Assembly (NCBI GenBank): GCA_964493985.1
Contig: CAZBQL010000002.1
Location: 2,824 to 66,823 of the forward strand
DNA: 64,000 bases
Origin: an uncultured Dehalococcoidales bacterium
Lineage (GTDB): Bacteria > Chloroflexota > Dehalococcoidia > Dehalococcoidales > UBA2162
Direction: 5' to 3'
Both the position numbers and the translations under genes were made by a program. Of the stretch, positions 38,414 through 45,928 are shown in pieces; the stretch's first letter is position 1, and every line of letters begins with the position of its first letter. The notes under the pieces are model-generated. The model was not told the DNA's origin. It made no database searches and saw only the letters and a program-made list of their open reading frames with translations.

Positions 38414-39361
38414 ATGGCAATGATCAATTCGGTACTTGGACCACTCGATACATCCGACATAGGAACGACACTGCTTCACGAACATATCCTCAGTTCGTCC
38501 ACAGCCATTCCCCAGAATTACCCGGAAGTACTCGATACGGGATATATGAGAATGATAGTCAGGAAATTGAAAGAGGCGAAAGCCGGTGGGATCGACACTG
38601 TCGTCGATGCCACTACACTCGACCTTGGCAGGGACGTGAACGTGCTGGCTGAAGCCTCGCGCAAAAGCGGCGTTAATATTATCTGCTGTACCGGCTGGTG
38701 GACAGAGAAACCTCGCTTTCTGAGTGGAATATCGATCGACAGACTGGCGAAGGGGTTCATTCGCGAGATACGCGAGGGAATTGCTGGAACGGACATCAAG
38801 GCAGGGATATTAAAAGGAGCTTCGGATAAAGCAGGCGTGCAACCGGAAGAAGAAAAGGTCCTGCGAGCGGTAGCCCGGGCCCATCACGAGACCGGTGTTC
38901 CAATTATGGTCCATTCCTACTCGCCGGGTCAGGTCGGCGGACGGCAGATAGCCATCCTGAAAGAAGAAGGTGTTCCTCTCAACCGGGTAAAGATAGACCA
39001 TTCAAACGATACTACCGACCTTGAATACCTTTTCTGGATGCTGGAACAAGGGTGCTACCTGGGAATGGACCGCTATCCCGGAGAAGGCGCCAGTCCGCTG
39101 GCAAGGACCAGGACCCTCAAGGCACTTATCGATGCCGGTTACAAAGATAAACTGGGAGTCTCCCATGACTGGTCGCTGGCTCGATACGTCGCCAGTGATT
39201 CTATAATCGGCTCATCCTCTAAGAGAAAGAAGATCAATCCGTATGATTACCTCTACATAAAGAAAGTGGTGTTCCCGATGTTGCGTGAGATGGGAGTTCC
39301 CGATAAGGTTATCGATAAAATCCTCGTAGACACCCCACGTAAATTCTTCGAGGGAGTCTAA
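38414..39361 (+). CDS. Phosphotriesterase-family (PTE/PHP-like) metal hydrolase, possible lactonase
   Basis: The N-terminal GPLDTSDIGTTLLHEHIL (HxH metal site) is present. AGILKGA, VPIMVHS and IDHSND are spaced as in amidohydrolase-superfamily PTE-related proteins. Confidence 0.8.
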   Translation: MAMINSVLGPLDTSDIGTTLLHEHILSSSTAIPQNYPEVLDTGYMRMIVRKLKEAKAGGIDTVVDATTLDLGRDVNVLAEASRKSGVNIICCTGWWTEKPRFLSGISIDRLAKGFIREIREGIAGTDIKAGILKGASDKAGVQPEEEKVLRAVARAHHETGVPIMVHSYSPGQVGGRQIAILKEEGVPLNRVKIDHSNDTTDLEYLFWMLEQGCYLGMDRYPGEGASPLARTRTLKALIDAGYKDKLGVSHDWSLARYVASDSIIGSSSKRKKINPYDYLYIKKVVFPMLREMGVPDKVIDKILVDTPRKFFEGV

Positions 39362-39426
39362 CTACCGTAAACAATTCAGAATATAATTACACCTATTTAG
39401 ACCATGTATATCAGAGGAGGAAGAAA

Positions 39427-40227
39427 ATGCGATTGGATGGAAAGACGGCAATAATTATCGGTGCCGGTCAGAGTCCCGGTGAAGGGATCGGTAACGGTCG
39501 AGCCACGGCAATTCGATTCGCCCGGGAAGGGGCGCGGGTAATGGCGGTAGACCGTGATTTTACTTCCGCCGAAGAAACAGTTGCACTACTGGAGAAGAAA
39601 AACGGCAAACATTTCGCCTTTGAAGCCGATGTTACCAGAGAAGCTACGTTAAAAGCCGTCGTAGACGAAGCGGTTAAGCAATGGGGTAGAATCGATATTC
39701 TTCATTATAACGTAGGCGTCAGCCTCGGTGGCGGTGATACGGAATTGCTGGAATTTACCGAGGAAACTTTCGACCGTATATTCAGAATCAATCTTCGTGG
39801 CGTTATCATGGCCTGTAAGCATGTGGTACCCGTAATGAGGAAGCAGCAGAGCGGTGTCATCCTGATGATCGGTTCACTGGCAGTTTACGAGAATTATCCT
39901 TATGTGGCATATAAAGCATCGAAAGCGGGGATGGTCGCTTTCATGCACCAGCTGGCAATACGCAATGCTGAATACGGCATCCGTGCCAATGCCATTTTAC
40001 CCGGCATAATGGATACACCGATGGCAGTAGATACCAGGGCAAAAGTGTTCGGGAAAAGTCGCGCGGAAGTAGCCGCACAAAGGGATTCCCGCGTACCTTT
40101 GAAGCATAAAATGGGCACTGCATGGGATGTAGCTAATGCAGCGCTGTTTCTTGCTTCGGATGAAGCCGGCTTTATTACCGGAGTATCACTGCTGGTCGAT
40201 GGTGGCAGTGCACTTAAAGTAGGGTAA
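39427..40227 (+). CDS. Short-chain dehydrogenase/reductase (SDR)
   Basis: GKTAIIIGAGQSPGEGIGNGRA, YNVG and catalytic YKASKAG are present. Confidence 0.85.
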   Translation: MRLDGKTAIIIGAGQSPGEGIGNGRATAIRFAREGARVMAVDRDFTSAEETVALLEKKNGKHFAFEADVTREATLKAVVDEAVKQWGRIDILHYNVGVSLGGGDTELLEFTEETFDRIFRINLRGVIMACKHVVPVMRKQQSGVILMIGSLAVYENYPYVAYKASKAGMVAFMHQLAIRNAEYGIRANAILPGIMDTPMAVDTRAKVFGKSRAEVAAQRDSRVPLKHKMGTAWDVANAALFLASDEAGFITGVSLLVDGGSALKVG

Positions 40228-40320
40228 AATCGGTATATCAACGGGAATTAATTTCCAGAACGATTTAATCTATGGTTAAAGACAAGAGCGAACGTTATTC
40301 ATGAAGACTGTTCCTGGATA

Positions 40321-42675
40321 TTAATCAGCACGACAGCCCAGAACGGCTCTTTTCACCAGAATTTTCGCTATCTGAATCTTGTATGTGTTATCCGGGAGTG
40401 GACATACATCTTCAACAGCAATATTGCCGGCTGCTTCGGCAGTAGTATCATCGATACTTTTTCCCGTTAAATACTGCTCTGCGCTGACAGCCCGGTAAGG
40501 TGTATTATATACTGCATTCAGGCATATTCTCGACGACGTAACAGTCCCGTTTTCAATCTCAAGCGCTACCGCGCAATTTAGTATTGAAAAATCGATAGAT
40601 TTCCTTAAGGCAAACTTGATGAATTTACTCCTCGCCCCGTTTTTCATCGGTGGTAACTCTATTTCCGTTATTATTTCATTTTCGATTATCGTCGTATTAT
40701 CGCCTTTTACCGTGAAGAAATTTTCCGCATCGATCACTCTCCGGGTGGTCCTGATTTTAACGTCAAGGGCTATAAGCACCGGGGCAATATCAGATGAGTT
40801 GACCGCCAGACAACCGCAGTTGAAACACCTGCCGGCTTCTTCCATTACCTTTTCCTTTTCCATGTTTCCGGTCTCTTCCAACTCTATATTCTTTACCCGC
40901 TCGGATACGGATAGTCCGGAGACATCGTTCCGGGCGGTCGGTCGCAGGTAATCCTTATCGAATTTTTCCGGATGGGTACTATCTGTATCCTGATATTTTC
41001 TAATTCCTTTCCCACCGAGATAACGGTCAATAGACTCGGCGGTATTCCTTCCTGAGGTTATTGCCTCTATAACTGTTGACGACCCGGTTACGCAATCACC
41101 TCCGGCAAAGATATTAGCGTCCAGTAAACCGTCCATATTGACTTCAAGACGGTCATCCGAACCAAGTAATTCCGCCGGTAAAATCGAATAATCCGGCACC
41201 TCGCCCGTAGCCTTTATAACAGCATCGTATTCGACAGTAAATTCAGAACCCTCGACAGGTTCAGGTCTTGGTCTGCCACTTTCATCGGTAGCACCAAGTT
41301 TCATCCTGGTACACTCAAGTACAATGTTCCCTTCTTGACCTTTTGCCGAAACCGGAAGTGTCAGGAACTGCATTTCAATGCTTTCCTCTTCCGCCTTTAT
41401 TATTTCCTCTTCGATCGCAGGCATTTCTTCGCGACTGCGACGGTAGAGTATTACCGGTTCTGCTCCCAGTCTCAAGAGAGTCCTGGCAACATCTATTGCC
41501 ACATTGCCGCCACCCATCACGGCTACTTTTTTCCCTGAAGATTCACCGATTATTTTATTATTTCTGAGGAATTCAGTACCCGAAACCATCAGTTCTTCGC
41601 CCCTTATTCCGAGGGGTCTCTCTTTCCAGGCACCCGTCGCCATGAATACGGCATCGTAATCTCCTGATATCTTCCTGATATCCTCGATTCTGCCGTCAGC
41701 AGGTCCTGTCCTGAAAATAATACCTGACTCTGCCAGTGCCGATATCTGTTTTTTTACAATATCTTTCGGCAGGCGGTATGGAGGGATACCGTACGTCAGC
41801 ACTCCTCCCGGTTCTTCCATAGCCTCGAAGACGGTCACGCTATATCCAGTCTTTCTGAGATACCAGGCGCATGAAAGTCCTGCCGGTCCTGAACCGATTA
41901 CGGCTACTGTTCCATTATTCTCTACTTCAGGAGGTCTATAAATCGACTTCGAATTCTCAAGGGCGTAATTGCCAATATACCTTTCGATATTCCTGATTGA
42001 TACGGCTTCGTCCAGTTCATCTCTGTTACAGACACTTTCACAGAAATGAGGACAAACCCTCCCGGTTATCGCCGGAAACGGATTCGAGTCCACTAGTATT
42101 TTTACTGCGCTGTCAATATCTCCCTCTCTCAGCTTACTCATGTAATCCGGGATATTTACGCCGGCAGGGCATTCGGTAACACATGGAGTATCATTCATCC
42201 TTGTGCTGCCGAAGATGGAATGATATCTACCTTCGCCGGCATAGGCATAACACCTTTTTCCGCCCTTTCTGATACAGTAAAACCTGTTATCCGGCACCCA
42301 GTAGTACCAGCACCTGTTACTCTGGCAGATATTTCCTGCAATCGTTCCCTGTTCCCTGATATGAGGTGAAGCGGTTTTCGCAGCAGCTTCGGCAAGAGCG
42401 GGATAGCTTTTCTTAACCTCTGAATTCCGGGCAATATCTTCAAGCCTGGTAAGAGCGCCGATTTTCAGGAAGTTGTCTTCTTCCTTTATATAGTCCAGTT
42501 CGTCAATTTTCTTGATGTTTATAAGTACTTCGGGATATTCGGGCAATATGTTATCTTTCATCTGCCCGAGAAGGTCAGTACCACCGGCTATTACTTTCGC
42601 TTTGCTTCCATATTCCTCGATCGCCTGGGCTGCTTCTTCAAGTGACGTCGCGTTAATATGTTTGAATCTCTTCAT
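40321..42675 (-). CDS. Molybdenum-hydroxylase FAD subunit (CoxM/HcrB-like) interrupted by a GltD-like [4Fe-4S]/FAD/NAD(P)H oxidoreductase module
   Basis: The N-terminus KVIAGGTDLLGQMK is followed by a Cys-rich stretch CQSNRCWYYWVPDNRFYCIRKGGKRCYA. GltD signatures follow (NPFPAITGRVCPHFCESVCNR, VAVIGSGPAGLSCAWYL, KVAVMGGGNVAIDVARTL). The sequence then returns to a CoxM middle/C-terminal domain (CFNCGC..., RSKFIKFALRKSIDFSILNCAVALE). Confidence 0.8.
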   Translation of the reverse strand: MKRFKHINATSLEEAAQAIEEYGSKAKVIAGGTDLLGQMKDNILPEYPEVLINIKKIDELDYIKEEDNFLKIGALTRLEDIARNSEVKKSYPALAEAAAKTASPHIREQGTIAGNICQSNRCWYYWVPDNRFYCIRKGGKRCYAYAGEGRYHSIFGSTRMNDTPCVTECPAGVNIPDYMSKLREGDIDSAVKILVDSNPFPAITGRVCPHFCESVCNRDELDEAVSIRNIERYIGNYALENSKSIYRPPEVENNGTVAVIGSGPAGLSCAWYLRKTGYSVTVFEAMEEPGGVLTYGIPPYRLPKDIVKKQISALAESGIIFRTGPADGRIEDIRKISGDYDAVFMATGAWKERPLGIRGEELMVSGTEFLRNNKIIGESSGKKVAVMGGGNVAIDVARTLLRLGAEPVILYRRSREEMPAIEEEIIKAEEESIEMQFLTLPVSAKGQEGNIVLECTRMKLGATDESGRPRPEPVEGSEFTVEYDAVIKATGEVPDYSILPAELLGSDDRLEVNMDGLLDANIFAGGDCVTGSSTVIEAITSGRNTAESIDRYLGGKGIRKYQDTDSTHPEKFDKDYLRPTARNDVSGLSVSERVKNIELEETGNMEKEKVMEEAGRCFNCGCLAVNSSDIAPVLIALDVKIRTTRRVIDAENFFTVKGDNTTIIENEIITEIELPPMKNGARSKFIKFALRKSIDFSILNCAVALEIENGTVTSSRICLNAVYNTPYRAVSAEQYLTGKSIDDTTAEAAGNIAVEDVCPLPDNTYKIQIAKILVKRAVLGCRAD

Positions 42676-42681
42676 ATGCTT

Positions 42682-45135
42682 CTATGCCTTTCCCAGCGCT
42701 TTCAATACCTTATCGGGCGTCATCGGCAGGTCCTGAATCCACATTCCTATGGCGTTATGCACTGCGGGGATTATAAGCGTAGGCACTATTGTTGCTACAT
42801 CCTCACCGATGCCAACCAGACCATACGGACCGTATCCCATTCCGGTCTCTACCAGGAGAGTATCTATCGGCCCGATGTCCAGCATTGTCGGGATCTTATA
42901 ATTCAGCAGGTTGCCGTTCAGCATGACTCCAGTCGACTTGTCGTAGACGACTTCTTCGCTACGTCCTCTGCCTACCGCCATGCAGGTACCGCCATACTGC
43001 TGACCTTCGCAGCCGTCCCAGCTTATAACCTTGCCTACGTCGTTAACATTGACAACCCTTGTTATGTCAACCTCACCTGTATCGGTATCAACCTCCACCT
43101 CCATAAAGTGTGCCTGGCGGCAAAGTCGCAATCGAATTCCGGCATAAGCTCCGGTCTGCATCTGCCAGCTATATTCGAAGAACGGTTCCCTGTAAGGATA
43201 TCCCTGTTCTTCATCGGGAGATTTAACCGGTTCGCCCTTGGGAGCGGTCAACGGTCCCATTGCCCCCGAGGGCCCGATAAACTCAGCCATCGAAATATTA
43301 TTTTCAGGGTGTGCTATTTCAAAGATAATACTGTCCTTTATATCGAGTTCTTCGGGTTTCTTACTTGGGAAAGCAGGAGGAAAGCTGCCAAGTTGTGTTA
43401 CGCCGGTGGGGCTTGTTGCCGCTTCAAGTACTTTTCTTCTAAGGAGTCGGGCGGCATTCCGTATGGCGTAACCGTTTACCGACATGTTTGTCGAGGTATC
43501 GGGTGTCATGGTGAAGAAGCCTGTGTCATGGTGTGGACGGTAATAGACGTCTTCCATTTTCATTCCCAGCTCATCGGCAGCTATCTGGCAGTAGGAAGTC
43601 TCAGCGTTCACGCCCACATCGGCTCGGCATCCGTAGATACAGGCTGTTCCGTCATTACGTTCAAGACGAATTGCTATTTCACTCGACCCTGCCGAATCGT
43701 CCCATTCATGACTCCATGCAAAACCAATACCGTGCATCTTTCCGTTGGGCAGCTTCTTTGTCCCGGGCGTGTGCCATCTTTCATCCCAGTGTATTGCTGC
43801 TTTGCCTTTTTCAATACATTCTCTGAGGCTGTCCCTGGCAGGGAAACCCATTTTCACTTTCTGCTCGTTGAGCCATTCCATATCATGGCCTTCGGCGCCA
43901 TCGTTCTTGAGAGCAACCTCTATAGGGTCCATACCGAGAACATCTGCAACACGATTGAATACCAGCGTGATGCTGTGACAGTTTGCATTCTGCTCACAGC
44001 GTGTTGGTACGGTCGGGCCTTTATTAACCTTGACCGCTTCAGTCTTCCCATAAATATTGGGGATTCTGGTGTTGTCCATCAGGTGTTTAACGATGCCGAA
44101 AACCGGCATTGTCTGGTTCACCATAACCGCTCTCGCCTGGACGGCGGTTATGGTACCGTCCATTTTCATGCCTACTTTATAATAATAGACCCCTATATCC
44201 ATTTCGCCGCCATAAAAGTCTTCCCTGCGGCTGAATGTCCACTTGACCGGCCTGCCCGTCCGCCTGGATATAACGGCAGCGCAGTAATGCCCGCCCAGGT
44301 TCCAGGCCATCTGGCTCCACCCACCGAAACTGGCTCCCTGGTAGAGGCAGTGCACCTGGATATGATTCATTGGTATTCCACCGAACCAGGTTGATACAGC
44401 TCGTTTGGCAATATGCGGTCGCTGTTGCTTTACCCAGAGCTCAGGATATTCACCATTCCAGGTAAACACACCGCAGGGACATTCCGGTCCTATCCAGGTA
44501 TTAAGCCCCTGGACGAACTTGAATTCGATTATCTTGTCGGCTTCAGAAAAACCTTTCTCAACGTCTCCCTGGGATTCAACCGACGTCTCCTGGCCGTAAA
44601 GGTTGCCGTCAGGATTCTCCTCCGGGTTTGCTAGAGGCGAGTCCGACTCAAGGGCTTTTTCCGGGTCGAGTACAAAGGGGCGTTCTTCCCACTCTACTTC
44701 TATCAGTGCCAATGCTTCCTGAGCAATTGCCTCTGTATCGGCTGCCACCGCCGCGCCTGCTTCCTCACCCTGGAAATGGGCTATATGAGGTATGGAAGGT
44801 TCTGCCGAAGGCTCATGCCCACCCACATCGACTGTCGCAGGCAGCTCCGGATCGTCATATCTCAACACCATCCTTACTCCGGGAAATGCTTCTGCTTTAC
44901 TTGTGTCCATTTTTTTAATCTCAGCATGAGGGTAAGGACTGGTCAGGAATCTCATATACAACATACCCGGCAGGTGTACATCCATCGTATATACGGCTTT
45001 TCCGCTGGCTTTCTCGTATCCGTCTATCTTCCTTATGCCGCGTTTTCCTATGCTGCGATATTGTTCCAGGGGATATTTATCACTCCTCAGGTTATCGAAC
45101 TGCTCACTGATTTTAGACATTTCATTGCCGTTCAT
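42682..45135 (-). CDS. Molybdopterin-binding large subunit of a xanthine-dehydrogenase-family hydroxylase/reductase
   Basis: The Ald_Xan_dh N-terminal domain is present (IDGYEKASGKAVYTMDVHLPGMLYMRFLTSPYPHAEI), followed by FGG, EQNANCH and GIGED-type segments. Length is 817 aa. It sits between the 2Fe-2S and FAD subunit genes. Confidence 0.85.
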   Translation of the reverse strand: MNGNEMSKISEQFDNLRSDKYPLEQYRSIGKRGIRKIDGYEKASGKAVYTMDVHLPGMLYMRFLTSPYPHAEIKKMDTSKAEAFPGVRMVLRYDDPELPATVDVGGHEPSAEPSIPHIAHFQGEEAGAAVAADTEAIAQEALALIEVEWEERPFVLDPEKALESDSPLANPEENPDGNLYGQETSVESQGDVEKGFSEADKIIEFKFVQGLNTWIGPECPCGVFTWNGEYPELWVKQQRPHIAKRAVSTWFGGIPMNHIQVHCLYQGASFGGWSQMAWNLGGHYCAAVISRRTGRPVKWTFSRREDFYGGEMDIGVYYYKVGMKMDGTITAVQARAVMVNQTMPVFGIVKHLMDNTRIPNIYGKTEAVKVNKGPTVPTRCEQNANCHSITLVFNRVADVLGMDPIEVALKNDGAEGHDMEWLNEQKVKMGFPARDSLRECIEKGKAAIHWDERWHTPGTKKLPNGKMHGIGFAWSHEWDDSAGSSEIAIRLERNDGTACIYGCRADVGVNAETSYCQIAADELGMKMEDVYYRPHHDTGFFTMTPDTSTNMSVNGYAIRNAARLLRRKVLEAATSPTGVTQLGSFPPAFPSKKPEELDIKDSIIFEIAHPENNISMAEFIGPSGAMGPLTAPKGEPVKSPDEEQGYPYREPFFEYSWQMQTGAYAGIRLRLCRQAHFMEVEVDTDTGEVDITRVVNVNDVGKVISWDGCEGQQYGGTCMAVGRGRSEEVVYDKSTGVMLNGNLLNYKIPTMLDIGPIDTLLVETGMGYGPYGLVGIGEDVATIVPTLIIPAVHNAIGMWIQDLPMTPDKVLKALGKA

Positions 45136-45136
45136 A

Positions 45137-45640
45137 TCATTTCCCCTCTTTGTGAAGTATACTGGCTGCTTCCTTCACAGCTTTGATGTGCTGCGGGTAT
45201 GTCCCGCACCGGCAAAGATTACCGGCGAGAGCTTCCTTGATTTCATCCACCGTTGGTGAAGGATTCCTGTCCAGCAATGCTTTAGCCGTGACGACAAAAC
45301 CGGGTGTGCAGTACCCGCATTGCATTGCGCTGTGTTTAACATACGTTTCAACAAGAGGATGCTGCTCGCGTGCTATACCTTCTATCGTTTCAATATTCTT
45401 ACCGCCACATTCTATAGCCAGTGTCATGCATGAAAGGACAGGCCTTCCCTCCATGATAACAGTGCAGGCACCACAGGCACCTTCATCGCAAAAAACCTTG
45501 GTACCCGTAAGGCCCAGCACATCGTGAATGACATACTGTAAAGTCCAGTTTTCCTGTACTATTACTTCATGTTTTTCGCCGTTGACGATAAGACTAATTT
45601 TCATCTCTGACATCGTACCTCTATCTTCTTTTTCGGACAT
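45137..45640 (-). CDS. [2Fe-2S]x2 small subunit of the molybdenum hydroxylase (CoxS/HcrC-like)
   Basis: CDEGACGACTV (plant-type 2Fe-2S) and QCGYCTPGF...CRCGTY (second 2Fe-2S) are present. ATG 45613 is an alternative start. Confidence 0.9.
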   Translation of the reverse strand: MSEKEDRGTMSEMKISLIVNGEKHEVIVQENWTLQYVIHDVLGLTGTKVFCDEGACGACTVIMEGRPVLSCMTLAIECGGKNIETIEGIAREQHPLVETYVKHSAMQCGYCTPGFVVTAKALLDRNPSPTVDEIKEALAGNLCRCGTYPQHIKAVKEAASILHKEGK

Positions 45641-45928
45641 GATACATACATCTCCCTTCTGTATAGATAGTTATGGGCATAGCCATGTGTTTTTCGTGAA
45701 ATATTAGTATACTTGATATATTTTATTAAATAACCTTCAAATGTATTATATTAACACAATACCCGTCCGTAGTTTTATATAGCAGAGCTACCTCAGGCAT
45801 GGCTCTCATTGGTTGCACGACCTGCAAACACAGGTCTAAATATCAGAGAGCCTGACGAAGTATCAAGACAGAATATAATTAATCCGTCCAATCAGGATAT
45901 AGTTGCTGCAAACGGATAGATAATCGTA

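Noticed and set aside
42658-44394. A 578-aa plus-strand ORF, one of the longest in the window.
   Set aside because: It lies entirely antisense to the well-supported Mo-hydroxylase large-subunit gene. Its translation is Cys/His/Arg-rich with no recognisable motif or RBS, so it is a shadow ORF of a GC-biased coding frame. The same reasoning applies to 53349..54116, 54795..55520, 55333..55935, 12022..12570 and 23759..24205.
45641-45928. I searched the AT-rich leader of the Mo-hydroxylase operon for a Moco riboswitch. It contains a hairpin GACCUG-N6-CAGGUC (plus-strand 45821-45838).
   Set aside because: I could not recognise the conserved Moco-riboswitch core by eye. The hairpin alone is uninformative, and a covariance-model scan (Rfam RF01055) would be needed.
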